A stretch of DNA of 64,000 bases from Callorhinchus milii (lineage: Eukaryota), in assembly GCF_018977255.1 (NCBI RefSeq), contig NW_024704742.1, positions 115,384,001-115,448,000 of the forward strand, in the 5' to 3' direction. The notes under the pieces are model-generated. The model was not told where the DNA came from. It worked only from the letters and a program-made list of their open reading frames with translations, and searched no databases. Shown one piece after another: positions 1-11,940 of the stretch. The translations under genes and the position numbers were made by a program. The first letter of the stretch is position 1, and each line of letters begins with the position of its first letter.

Positions 1-1770
1 ATATCATCAAAGCAATATAGTAGTTTTTGATCAAACTGAATAGCATCAGCATTTTTACATTTGTTCCACAGATTTGAATATAAAAAAGCTGAACAAATAC
101 GTGGAGCAAGGGAAAAAATGTTTTTAAACAAGTGGACAAAAAAAACTTTACCTTAAAAATGAAATTGTTCAAAATATCTCAACGCTGAAAGGGAATTAAA
201 GCTCTCGGTTTTAACTCATCTACATTGTGGAGCATGTTGAAAGAAAAATGGTGGAAATTGAAAATAAGATGGTAGAGATACCGCAGAAAATCATGAACGG
301 GAAGGTCTTCTTTTGCAAAGAACTGGGTATTGAAAGAAAGAAACAGCTTTGATGGAACTGACAATGATTTGAATCCAATATACTCCACAATCCTCCTGTG
401 AGTGGCCCTCACAGCACCATCAAACAAGACCTTATGTTTAAACCAGAAGTGCATTGTCTGACTGGAGCAGTTGCGGAGGCTGCACTCATTGTTTGAGGTG
501 CATATGTGTGTCCATATGGAGAGCGCTGTGCCCTCAGAGGCTGCAGCTGTAGTCTTTCCCTGTGACACCTGTGGGCCACAATAGAGCAGTGGGTGAGGTG
601 GGGGAGGAGGCAGAGTTACAGATGATATCCTTCAAAGCAGGAAGTGATCCCAGATAAACAATGCAGTGCTGAACAGCACAGCAACAAAGCTGCATTGCTG
701 GAGTGGAGCCTCTTATTACAGAAAAAGAAACAAAGCAACACACGGACATTGATTCCGAAACGATTAATGGTTTTGATACTGATTTAGGGCTGTGAAATCT
801 TTAGAAATTTTCTGTCGTGCTTAGAGGAATAGATAGCGTTCTTCACCTGATGCAGTCTAATTGATGTTAGTATTGAAAAATATAGCTTTCCCTTGCTGCT
901 CTGTTATGATGTGTCTTTAACTGGGTTTTAGCATGATCTCTTGCTCAATAGGTGCTTAAATCAGGTGGCTGCTTCAGACACTGTTAAGGGTCTTTGCTCC
1001 AAATATGAAGTCATATTATATTTCAGACTTCAGTGCTCCCCCAACCCCCACAAATCTTTTGAATAATTCAATTTAAATGTTCGGAAATAATAGAAGTCTG
1101 AACGCTCCTGACTCAGACAATGATATAAATTTATCAGAGACCAAGGGCCGGATTTCCATCTTTAAAACGGGAGGAAAGAATAATGATTATTAATAATAGT
1201 AATAATTATAATAATAATCTTGCTTTTTTTAATATCCCATGTCTGAGATAGAAGGAGGTTGGTAATCGATCCGATGGATGAACCTGAAAGATGTGCTCTG
1301 TTATTGGACTTTCCTGGCTGGCATTCACTGACAAATTACACAGTCACTACACTCGACAGTGTATCCTGTGAAGCGCTTTGAGATGTTTTCTTGACATGAA
1401 AGGCATTACATTAAATGTAGGATTATTATAAATCAAACCATGGGGTCAAATTTGCGGTATTTCTTAACTTTTCTAAGGAACATTTTATGGAATACCAGCA
1501 GGTGGGTAAGAGCTTTGGTTCTGGCACCACCATTTTCTGGACTCTGATGTGAATAATTTTACAGTGTAAATTGCAGGCGCTACATCAAGCTCTAGGTTCC
1601 ATGTTTTGTTTAGTTTTGCTTTCCCAAGATTGATCTATCAAGGAAGCCTGAAAGTCTAGGCCAAAAGAATGTACTTTTACCAATTGGCCCGGAAGCTTTA
1701 ATCTTAACCCACATGATGACTACAGGATGCATCTTAGCATTATGTGAGCATGGATTTCAGCCTTCTAGGG

Positions 1771-1802
<32 letters not shown>

Positions 1803-2078
1803 CCTTGCATTTGATATAGCGCTTTTCACGTCGGGAGGACGTCCCAAAGTGCTTCACAGAACACACTGTAAAGTGAATTGACTGTATATTTGTGGGCGAA
1901 CGCGGCAGCCAATTGCGCACAGCAAATTCCCACAAACAGTCGTAGATTGAAAATGACCAATTTATTTTTGTTTTTGGAGGGATTATTATTAGGCGTGTGG
2001 AGTAAGGAAACTTGCCCAAGGTTTCGCCCTGCCTGGAATTGAACTCGATCTCTCGCTTGCACTGAGCTACAGGACTCC
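1771..2078 (-). mobile_element. Young tRNA-Ala-derived SINE, short form, 18-nt deletion in head
   Basis: Near-identical to copies at 2159, 32447, 60397 and 60829; (ATT)n tail. Confidence 0.9.
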
Positions 2079-2740
2079 AGTAGAGTAGATAGGGAGAAAC
2101 TATTTCCACTGACCGGTGGTTCAGTAAGCAGGGCACATAGAGTTAAGAACCAGGGGAGATAATAATAATAATAATCCTTGCATTTGATATAGCGCTTTTC
2201 ACGTCGGGAGGACGTCCCAAAGCGCTTCACAGAACACACTGTAAAGTGAATTGACTGTATTTTTGTGGGCGAACGCGGCAGCCAATTGCGCACAGCAATG
2301 TCCCACAAACAGTCGTAGATTGAAAATGACCAATTTATTATTGTTTTTGGTTTTGGAGGGATAATTATTAGGCTCTGTGTGGAGTAAGGAAACTTGCCCA
2401 AGGTTTCGCCCTCTGCCTGGAATTGAACTCAGGTCTCTTGCTTGCAAAGCGAGTGCTCTAACCACTGAGCTACAGGACTACAGGACAAAATGAGTCATTT
2501 TGTTTTACACAGAGAGTTGTTATGGTCTGGAATGCACTGCCTGAAAGGCTGGTGGAAACAGATTCATTAACAACTTTCAAAAGGGAATTAGATAGGTACT
2601 TGAAGAGGAAACCTTTGCAGGGGTAACTTTGCAGCGGGGAGTTGGACTGATTGGGTAGCTCTTCCAAAGAGCTGGCACAGGCACGATGGGATGAATGGCC
2701 TACTTCTGGCTTGTAATATTCTATAATTCTATGATTCTAG
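2079..2740 (+). mobile_element. CR1-type LINE 3' fragment split by a SINE (2079-2158 + 2480-2740)
   Basis: Degenerate CR1 ORF2 C-terminus (RVDREKLFPL... / FTQRVVMVWNALP...FKRELDRYL) followed by 3'UTR GAATGGCC and (ATTCTATG)-like tail. Confidence 0.75.
2159..2479 (-). mobile_element. Young tRNA-Ala-derived SINE, short form, inserted into a CR1 fragment
   Basis: Box A TAGCTCAGTGG, box B GAGTTCAATTCC, anticodon arm with TGC, L2-like 3' stem-loop, (ATT)n tail. Confidence 0.9.
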
Positions 2741-2954
2741 CCAGACTGACCTTGAGGGAAGTAAAATTGCCTGAAAAGTAAACAGAAAAATGTAAGGTCG
2801 AAACTTTACGAAATAATATCACTCACCTCAGAGCGCAGTAAATGACAGCGCTAAGACCTGAGAGGAAAAGCCATTTACCCAGAGAGGGGTCATCTTCAGG
2901 TATTCCTTGAAGAATTCCTTAAATAAGTTATGGAATCCTTTAAGGAATACTGCA

Positions 2955-3215
2955 GGACTACCTAGCTTTTCCCTACCTAAACTGCAGTCTATCCAGAATG
3001 TCCTTTCACTCACTAGGCTCCACAAACCCATCACATCCATCCTCGCTCGTCTCCATTTGCTCCCCATCCCCCAGTGGAGCGAGCTCAAAATCCTCGTCCT
3101 CACCTTTACATCTCTTGTGGACTCCCACTCCGACCTCGGGTGCCAGGCTAGTATTGTTAAGTGCTTTGGGATGTCTTCCTGATGCGAAAGGCTTTGCATC
3201 AATGTAAATTTGTTT
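2955..3215 (+). mobile_element. L2 LINE 3' fragment, internally deleted
   Basis: KLQSIQN...PITSILARLHLLPIPQ..LKILVLTF motif followed by L2 tail. Confidence 0.75.
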
Positions 3216-4299
3216 TGCATTGTATCATTCATTACATATAATAAAAACGGTCTTTGCATTTGATATATTGGCTTTCAGATCAGGAGTATGTCTCAACCTT
3301 TCACAGAATTTACTGTAAATTGTAGTGAGTGGGTATTTTGTAGGCGAACATAGGCGAACATACATATTTCATTACATACTGGTATACTTACGACTTCAGT
3401 AGTTAAACTTCAGCAATTCATGATATAAATGCAAGTTGTGTTGATAAATATGATGTACGTAACTGACATGACCTCACGCTTGCTATTTGCAACAACAAGA
3501 TACAAATGTCAGTTAGGAAATTCCCTCTACAAAAACTAGCATTTTTAAACCCCAAGAGTTGCTGACATACTTTCTGTTCAAAGTTATTGGACCACAAGTG
3601 GTCTCTTTTTAACACCAAAGTTCCTTTTTTGGAAACGTGTCTCTATTGTAGCAGAATTGGCTGCCTGTTGCTCTGAAAAGATTTTCCTAGGGCCAGGCTG
3701 CCTCTTGTGTACTTAACGACTGAATCTTCAACTCAAGTAAATCAAACAATAAACATAGGAATAAACAACAAACATTGTGGTCAGAGGGAATATTTAACGT
3801 CTGACCATTTAGGCACGTTAGACCGTTAGAAAGTAATGGTAACTAATCTCTTAAGATCTGTCTCCTTTAAGCCTTATCTCTTCAATTTGGGATGCTTTGG
3901 GACGTCCCCCTGACGTGAAAGGCGCTCTATAAATGTAATTTTGTTGTTGTTGTTGTTCAATTGCTCTTTCAGCCATCTTTCCCCTTCTTCAGACTCCATC
4001 CAGCCCCCATCCTGCTCAGGCTCTTAGTCAGTTATGTGAAGACCTTTGAGATGTTTCATTGTTATAGGCAATGTATCAAATACAAGGATTATTATATTGT
4101 AAAGATCAAAAAATGAAGGCAAAGGATAAACTCAAAACGTTATAAAAATAAATAATAATTATTGTTTGATATAGCTCCTTACTACATCATTGAGATGTCT
4201 CAATGCACTGAACAGAATATACTGTAGTCCAAGGTAAACTTGTGTGTCAGCTTGACTCAGCCCTTGTCTCTGAATCAGAAGGTTAGTGGTTCATACGAA

Positions 4300-4742
4300 A
4301 AAGAGATATAGTCAATGCTGACTGTGTATTTTGTGGCCAAATGCAGCAGCCAATTTGAACATAGGAGTGCCCCACAAAGAGCCACGAAGTAAATGACCAA
4401 TTTTGTTTTGGAGGATTGTTGGCCAAGACACTGGGATGCTTTGGGACGTCCTCCCAACGTGAAAGGCGCTCTATAAATGTGGGAGAAATTCCCTTCTGTT
4501 TTCAAATAGTGCCATGGGATCTTTAATGTTCACCTGGATAGGCAGTCAGAAACTTAGTTTAGCATTTCATCCATAGGACAGCACCTTCAACAACACAACA
4601 CACCTCAAGCACTGCATTGGAGTGTCAGCATCGACTATATTATTATTATTATTATTATGGGTTCCAAGTCCCAAAATTGAGCTTGAACCCATAACCTTCT
4701 CACTCAGAAGCGAGAGTGCTACCAATTGAGACAGGCTGACAC
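4300..4742 (-). mobile_element. Old DeuSINE (SacSINE1-like) with nested L2 tail at ~4437-4479
   Basis: tRNA-like head, Deu-core-like CAGGTGAACATTAAAGATCCCATGGCACTATTTGAA and AATTGGCTGC 3' block. The nested tail is flanked by TGGGA repeats. Confidence 0.7.
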
Positions 4743-5284
4743 ACATGTTTACCGTGTGCTACACAATTACAGAAATACGAAGAAGTTTTTTTTATTAAGA
4801 AATTGATGCTGCCAATCGCAGAAACAAAATTCACATTGAATTGTCTATGATAATCAAAATGTTATCAAAGCATTTGAAAATGCACAAATGCTGCAGGATT
4901 TTATGAGATGAATTAACAGGTAACAATAAAAAAAGTAGACCAAATATGCCTTGGGGTAATGGGGAAAAAACCACTGATATACTGTGACTGAATGATTGCA
5001 AAGCAGATTCATATATTCCATGAGGAAGAAAGTGTTTCCCCAGAGTATTAGCAGCCTGATAAGTGGGAAATATTCTCCTAAAAACAATCCTCCGCTACAT
5101 TAAAGTAGTATGAAAGCAATGTTCTGACTGATATTCTTAATCAGTTTGCTGATATCAGTCTGTAAAGTGATTACTTCATCTCAATGTCAGCATCCCTCTT
5201 CATTTTTTCAATTGCATAAATTATTCTCACAGTGGTATCCGCAGCAATCCTGCATCTCTAGTAAATGTGCAGACCAAAATGTTA

Positions 5285-5600
5285 GGAGTCCTGTAGCTCA
5301 ATGGTTAGAGTACTCGCTTGGCAAGCGAGAGACCTGGGTTCGGGTCCCGGCAGGGCATACCTTGGGCAAGTTTCCTCACTCCACACACCTAATAATAATC
5401 CCTCAAAACAAAAAAACAATAATAAATTGGTCACTTCAATGCATGACTGTTTGTGGAACACTGCTGTGCGCAATTGGCTGCCGCGTTTCACCCACAATTA
5501 TGCAGTCAATTCACTTTACAGTATATTCTGTGAAGCGCTTTGAAACATCTAGAAGATATGAATAGTGCTATATCAAATGCAAGGATTATTTTTATTATTA
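5285..5600 (+). mobile_element. tRNA-Ala-derived SINE, short form, older tail variant
   Basis: Same head and body as the young copies; tail GAAACATCTAGAAGATATGA. Confidence 0.88.
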
Positions 5601-6724
5601 AAGTACACGTCTGCCTATTTATGTGGATGTTAAAGCATTATTTAAAAAGTGGAGTCTCCCACAGTGTCCTGACTGACAGTCTCCTAGGTTAAAAAAAAAT
5701 TGCTAATTTCTTTCAGGACTGTTTGTGGGATATTGCTGTGCTTGTTCGCCAACTAATAAACAGTCACAGAAAAACTCTTGAGATATTTTGACATAATAAG
5801 GAGCTATATCAAATGCAACAATTATTATTATTGAATGAAACAATGTCCTTCACGCCTCCACAGATGATTCATTTTCATCCCCCTCCAGTGTATCACTTTA
5901 TCATATTATAAACATCTCCGTGGTTGACTGTTTCCACACATGGAAGGACCAGCAAGCCTTGGGTGCATCATTTGGAGTTACCGCCGGGAGTTTCCCTTGA
6001 TGTGCCATCCAGGAAATAGTCTGCTGTTGAACAGCAGAGAGATTTTCATTTGTTACCAGAACTTCCTAGTGATCTTTCTCTAGGATCCACCATGCAAGTC
6101 TACAGCAACAGATCACACAACACAATAAACACAAGAGACATATCCTGTCCTTTTACCACCACCATCAACACACCCACCCTGGAGCACAGGATATTTGCCG
6201 ACTCCATAAAGTCACTGCAAATGTCCTTGTTAGCCTGGTGACATTTACATACATACTGATGTGATAATATTGCTGAATATTATCCAGTTAGGCTGGACAC
6301 AGTTGGTGGTACAGATTGTTTTTCTTATCAATCTGCTTTCCCTAATGTTGCACAAAATGCAATCCTCCACCATTCCTGTCTGAGTTTTAGTGCCTTGGGT
6401 ATCTTTATGATGTGAAGGGCGCTATACAAGTGTAGTTTGTTGTTGTTGAGTTGTTGCCATCCAGAGCTCTCACTAGCCATCTGACCCTCTGAAGATCTTG
6501 TGACATTTTGTTGAATCCAGAATTCAGTTCTCTTTTAGCCTAGCTGCCCTCCTTCAGAGGATCCTGCAATCATGTAGAACGTCATTCCAGAGCCATGTTT
6601 TCTGAATAACTACTCTATAAATCTGCGAGAAAAAGAGGTACAAATACAGATTTAGAATGCAGATAAAGCCAGAATGTCACCTATATTAATACCACAATAA
6701 TATTACTTCTTCTGGGATGCTTTA

Positions 6725-7064
6725 ATAATAATAGACGTCTTAAAGCGCTTCACAGAATATATTGTAAAGTGAATTGATTGTATATTTTGTGGGCGAAATG
6801 TGGCATCCAATTGCACACAGCAGTATTCCACAAATAGTCATGGATTGAGTGAACAAGTTATTATTTTATTAAAAAAATTGGGAAAGGATTATTACCCCCG
6901 GAAAGCAATCCACCAATCAACTAACAACCGGGTTCCTACTTAGTGCTGGGTAAACAGAGGCTTGTGGAGTAAGGAAACTTACCTAACATTTTGTCCTGTC
7001 CGGGAATCAAAAACTGGTCCTGCCGCTTGCGTGGCGAGCACTCTTACTAATACGCTAAAGGACT
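6725..7064 (-). mobile_element. tRNA-derived SINE, long form
   Basis: Contains an extra ~64-nt body segment (CCTCTGTTTACCCAGCACTAAGTAGGAACCCGG) also seen at 40050-40113. Confidence 0.8.
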
Positions 7065-7364
7065 TTAATGCAGGAAATGTTATGATATATTGAATTTTTG
7101 TGGAATGATAGACATTCCAAAAACTTACTTTAGAGAAAAATAAGCATGATCTATTCTTTTGTACTTGGTCCTTGAGGTTGTATCAAAGATAACTACACTG
7201 CTGTTACAACACAATTTTAAAGTCATTTGTCTGTAATATTTTTTCAGCTGTTTCAGTGAATGTTGTTTATTTCCTTCGGTCATGTCTCCAGAGTTTTCTC
7301 TTCCTCCTCCATAGTCTTTCAATTCCACCTAATTTATACATTGGTAGTTATTCATGCTCCTGAG

Positions 7365-7870
7365 TGTACACTCCCACCCTCACTCCCACCCTCGCTCGCC
7401 TCCACTGGCTCCCCATCCCCCAGAAAATCGATTACAAGATCCTCATCCTCACCTACAAGGCCATTCACGGCTTTGCTCCCTCCTACCTCTCCGACCTACT
7501 ATCCCCCTACTTACCTGCCCGTACCCTCCGTTCCTCTGGCTCCGGTCTGCTCCACATCCCCCGCCCCAACCGCCCTACCATCGGTGGCCGGGCCTTCAGC
7601 CTCTCACCCCCTTGGCTCTGGAACTCCATCCCCCAGTGCCTTCGCCGCCTCCTCCCTTTCCTCCTTCAAGGCCGGTCTCAAGACCTTTCTCTTTGACCGT
7701 GCCTTCAGCTCCCCTCTCGACTCTCTACCCCTCCTTGCTCCCTCCCTTCCCTCCCCTCACCCTGACCAGTTCCCCCCTGCTCGGGTCCTGACCCAACTGT
7801 ACAGCGCCTTGGGACGTCCTCCTGACGTGAAAGGCGCTCTATAAATGGAATCTTGTTGTTGTTGTTGTTG
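7365..7870 (+). mobile_element. L2 LINE 3' end (ORF2 C-terminus, 3'UTR, (GTT)n tail)
   Basis: TPTLARLHWLPIPQKIDYKILILTYKAIHGFAPSYLSDLL...RTLRSS...GGRAFS...LWNSIP, a typical L2-clade C-terminal motif; terminal stem-loop. Confidence 0.92.
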
Positions 7871-8559
7871 TAACTAGAATAATGTCCAGAATGTTCAGTC
7901 ACATGCAATGTTCTTCCATTTTGTGGGATCAGTTAAAATTACTACAGTACTGTATACACAATACAATTTACATTTGTATACTACCTCTCATGTCAGGAGG
8001 ACGTCCCAAAGTACATTCACAGTGCTGGATACCTGACTTGGGGCTGGGAGCTGAATGTATGGAAATGGGAAAGAGGTACATTTTTAAACATGCCTTAAGA
8101 AAGGGGAGGAAGGGAACACCTCAGAAGGACTCCAGGATGGAGTTCCTGAGAGCGACGGCAGAATGGTTAAATGCACATTCGCCAATGGTGAGGCGGATTA
8201 TTTATGTAGATAAGGTCTTAGCTTGTGCCAGCTATAACAGAGAAATATATCCCCCATACGAATAATTCTCTTGCATTTACATGATAATACATCCAATGCA
8301 TGCATTTGAAATATACACTTACATAATTCAAAAGATGCTTAATTATAACCATTCCAGTGTGCGCCAATTTGTGTGAAAATCATTATTACAAGGTGTATTC
8401 ACGTACCTTAGACTAATATTACACTTACTTTAACTGAAAGATTCTAACATATTTTTATTTGAGCTGGATAGAAATAGAGGAATTTGAGGTGAACAGAAAT
8501 AAAGGAATAGGAATAAAGGAATAGGAAAAAAGAGGACAATACAGATTAAATACAGAAAT

Positions 8560-9025
8560 TCCTGTCAAGTGTAGTGACTGTTTATGCAGGCAAATATGAC
8601 AGGCATTTTGTGCGAAGCAAGTTCCCACAAACAGAGAGAAAAACCCTTCTGTTTTTGAATAGCGTGATGGGACAGTTAGTGTCTATCTAAAATATAGGTA
8701 GGCAGGACTTTGGGTTGATATCTGATCTGAAGGCTGGTACCTCTGGTAATTTAGGGTTTCCCAGTATTGTATTGGAGGACAGCACAAAGAACTCTCAACT
8801 GATCCCATCTTTAAATGCTCCAGATGTTACCCATGCAAAGAGCGCAAAACGGATGCAAGTTGTTGTTGTTGTCTTTACAAAGTGCTCTGAGATGTTATCC
8901 TACATTGAGGGTGCGAAATAAATTCAAGTTGTTGTTGTGTCAGCCGAGAGAAAATCCAGATGTGGAGCTTGAATCAAAATCTTCTGACCCAAAGGCAAGA
9001 GTGGCACCAACTGAACCAAACTAAC
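8560..9025 (-). mobile_element. Old DeuSINE-like copy with nested L2 tail(s)
   Basis: Diverged match to the 4300-4742 element, head at ~9020; L2 tail at ~8790-8870. Confidence 0.5.
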
Positions 9026-9177
9026 AGTAGGTACTAATTAATTTGTTTTGGGATCTTTGGCAATTTAATATGGTTTAATGGGAAAAGTAACAGGATGCAA
9101 ACAGATGTGATTTTATAATGGGTTTGACTATAAATAAATTGAACGGTTTGGCAATAATAAAATATGTAAAGGAATTG

Positions 9178-10210
9178 TTTTTTGGTCAGACTGTGTCAAA
9201 TTCACGTGGAAACCCATTACCATGCTTAGTAATATCCAAAATAGACTGTGAGTTCCACATATATGTGTCACCTACACATGGAGATTTCCCTGTATCTGGA
9301 ATGGAATGTGCTCTCTCTCTAGGGAGGGACTCACCTGCTTTTCTAATTCCGGAGAGTATTAGAATTGCGCGACCCTATCACCCCCATCCTCGCCCAACTC
9401 CACTGGCTTCCCATCACACACAGGATACACTTCAAGATCCTGGTCCTCACCTTCAAAACCCTTATGGTCTTGCTCCCCCACCCCCTACCACCCTGTTCAG
9501 CGGGCTCCGGCCTGCTTCATGTCCCCCGTCTTGCTCACCCCACTATCGGCGGGTGCGCCTTCCGCCACTCTGCACCCACCCTCTGTAACTCCATCCCCCA
9601 GTCCCTCCATCTCACCCCCTCCCTCGATACTTTCAAGACCCACCTGAAGGCACTCCTCTTCGACCGTGCTTTCGATCTCCCTGCTTGCCCCCCTGCCCTC
9701 CCCCCCTCCCCCACCCCAACCCTCAGCTAACTCTGTCTGTCCAGCGCCTTGGGACGTCCTCCCGATGTGAAAGGCACTATACAAATGTAATTTTGTTGTT
9801 GTTGTTGTTGTATTTAGCGCAGATTGGCGAGAGCAAGGCATGGGCACTCCAGAGTGTGTGTTGGGGTGCTGCTGGATTATAACAAGGTACAACTGAGTTG
9901 TTTGCCATTGAGAGCATTGTCTGGCAAGCTACCTGGTGCTTATGCAGTTAGGACTATGTTATACATTAGGAGTTTTACTTGTAGCGTAACATTTGCTGAG
10001 TGGAACAAATCCTTACTCTCAGTGACCCCTCTAAAGCTTGGCATGTTGTCATTAGCAATGGCCTGGAGTATTGCAGACCTGCTTGGCTCAGGAACTGAAC
10101 TACTGAGATCGCCACAGAGGATTGAGTCAGTTCTGATATTCCATGCCAAGCACAGCACCTTTCGCAGCTCAGCTCCAAGGAGACCCCACTTACCCCCTCA
10201 CACCCCAGGC
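9178..10210 (-). mobile_element. Unclassified ~600-bp A-tailed repeat, interrupted by an L2 (9366-9811)
   Basis: 9178-9365 and 9812-10210 align collinearly with copies at 17008-17610 and 18945-19565. Confidence 0.75.
9366..9811 (+). mobile_element. L2 LINE 3' fragment
   Basis: RDPITPILAQLHWLPITHRIHFKILVLTFK...GGCAFRHSAPTLCNSIP; stem-loop and (GTT)n tail. Confidence 0.9.
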
Positions 10211-10404
10211 ACGTATGCCAACGCCATTCTATATATACAGCATCTGAGTGCCCAATTATTTGAAATTAACAGTGATGTTGTGGCAACGCTGTTAAAAATA
10301 CATTTAGCATTAATCTAAGAGACAACTGCTTGACGAACCAGACCCCACACAGTCCACTTTCTTTTTGGTCTGATATCTGGGGTGAAAGGCCGAAATATAT
10401 TCAG

Positions 10405-10765
10405 GATTACTCTGGCCTCTGAGTTAGAAGGTTGTGCGTTCAAGTCACTTTGGGACTTTGAACTCATATAGTCTAGACAGAAACTCCATTGCAGTGCTTG
10501 GGGGGTATGCTACATTATTGGAGGTGCCGTACTTGCGATAAGATGTTAAAGTGAGGTCCCATCTGCCTATTCACTTGGGCGCTAAATGATTCCAGGACAT
10601 TATTCAAAAAGGGAAGGTAGTTTCTCCCGGTGGCGCGGCCTGGTGTCACGGCAGATCAAATCGGTCATCCCCTTCATGGCTATTTGTGGGGCATTACTGT
10701 GTACATTACTGTGTACTGTGCCGCCAGTTTCCTGTAAGAATACACGGTCACTCCACTCCACCCCA
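10405..10765 (+). mobile_element. Old DeuSINE (SacSINE1-like) abutting the MAP1B CpG island
   Basis: CTCTGGCCTCTGAGTTAGAAGGTTGTGCGTTCAAGT head; GATGTTAAAGTGAGGTCCCATCTGCC core; GGCTATTTGTGGG..CTGTG 3' block. Confidence 0.65.
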
Positions 10766-10769
10766 CGGT

Positions 10770-11418
10770 AAACCTCCGTGAAAGCGCTCGCGAAGCTCTC
10801 CCCTCCCGCCCCCCCCCCGCCCGCCGCCCCCCCACCGTCCCCCCGCCCCGGTGCCGTGCTCCGCCACGGTCGAGCGCTGAAGCCCGGGCGCCGGGAGCCC
10901 CGCGCGGAGGTCCGGCGGCCGGCGGCACGCGCAGCAGGACCCGCCTTTTGGAAGCGATCGAAGGCGATCCTTTCCAGGGAAAGGAAGGAAAGGAAAGGAA
11001 AGGAAACCAACCGCGCGTGGGTGGTGGAAAATAAAAAAAAAGGAAGAAGCCCTCCCCCCCAACACCCCCCCCCCCACCCCACCACCCCCCCCAAAAAAAA
11101 AAACTTGCCCAGAGCGCGAGGGCAGGGGTTTGCTGCGCACGGTGGGATGCTCGGCTCTGGTGGCCTCTGGTTGCCTGGAGCGGGTCTGATTCGCTGCCGA
11201 TGACATCAGTTGGCGATGTGAGTGAGTGAGTGAGTGAGGCGGCGGCGAGTCTCTCCTCTCTCTCTCTCTCTCTCTCTCCCTCCTCCCCGGGACCGGGACA
11301 GCGTCTGAGCTATAAAAGCGGCCGAGCCTCGCCCGCGGAGCTCACTCTCTCCCTCCCTCCTCCCTCCCCTGTCTGTGGCGAGTGTAGCGAGCAACGGGCG
11401 GAGAGGCTGAGGCTGAGG
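10770..11418 (+). promoter_or_regulatory. MAP1B: MAP1B CpG-island promoter and 5' UTR
   Basis: CpG-rich region with TGACATCA (CRE/AP-1-like) at 11201-11208, (GTGA)n and (CT)n tracts, TATAAAA at 11311-11317, and Inr-like TCACTCT at 11342-11348 about 31-33 nt downstream. ATG is ~75 nt further. Confidence 0.85.
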
Positions 11419-11584
11419 ATGGCGACCGTGGACGCGGACCCCGAGGCTTCGTGCAGCAAACTCAGCCCCTCGCCATCACACGCCACCCACCGCTTCCTCG
11501 ACAACAAGTTCTATCTGCTCGTGGTGATCGGGGAAATTGTTACGGACGATCATCTGAGATGTGCCATTTCAGATATAGAGCGAG
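11419..11584 (+). CDS. MAP1B: Microtubule-associated protein 1B, coding exon 1 (55 codons + 1 nt)
   Basis: ATG at 11419 in good context (AGGATGG). Translates MATVDADPEASCSKLSPSPSHATHRFLDNKFYLLVVIGEIVTDDHLRCAISDIER, matching the recalled MAP1B N-terminus (MATV...SHRFLDSKFYLLVVVGEIVTEEHLRRAIGNIE). Ends at donor GAG|GTAAGG, phase 1. Confidence 0.96.
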
Positions 11585-11744
11585 GTAAGGGGTGAGGGGT
11601 GGGGGGTGGGGGGGACTTGCAGCCAATGCTACATTATTATTATTACCTATTATTGTTGGTATTATACGATGCTGATGTGCTGCCTCGGGGATAAACGCAG
11701 AGTGGGGGTGCGGGGGGGTTGGGGGTTGGGGGGTGGGGGGGGTT

Positions 11745-11940
11745 AGAGAGAGAGAGAGAAAAATCTGTGCAATAATGATGAGAGGTGCAATGAAAAGAGA
11801 TACAGAGAGAGAGAAAAAAAAATCCGTGCAATAAATAAAGAGTGCAATAACGTGCCATGGAAAGAGATAGAGAGAGAGAAAAAAAATCTGTGCCATAATA
11901 AAGAGTGCAATGAAAGGGAGAGAGAGAGAGAGAGAGAGGA
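11745..11940. repeat. Imperfect ~60-bp minisatellite (3 units) with (GA)n tracts
   Basis: Repeating (GA)n-AAAAATCTGTGCAATAA..AGAGTGCAATGAAA unit. Confidence 0.75.

Noticed and set aside
60..749. Possible exon of an upstream gene (acceptor-like TTGTTCCACAG; 129-aa minus ORF)
   Set aside because: All + frames close quickly and no translation is recognisable. It cannot be supported without a BLASTX search.
1765..2465. Recurrent ORFs 'GKFPYSTRLIIIPPK...WDIAVRNWLPRSPT' suggesting a protein family
   Set aside because: They are translations of the same non-coding SINE in several copies.
10600..11206. Long overlapping GC-rich ORFs on both strands
   Set aside because: Stop-poor CpG-island, low-complexity sequence with no recognisable protein.
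11286..11305. RE1/NRSE site before the TATA box
   Set aside because: Only the right half (GGACAGCG) matches; the left half and spacing deviate.
11230..11418. N-terminal extension of MAP1B in the 121-aa ORF
   Set aside because: It starts at a non-ATG codon upstream of the TATA box and crosses a (CT)n tract. Homology starts at ATG 11419.
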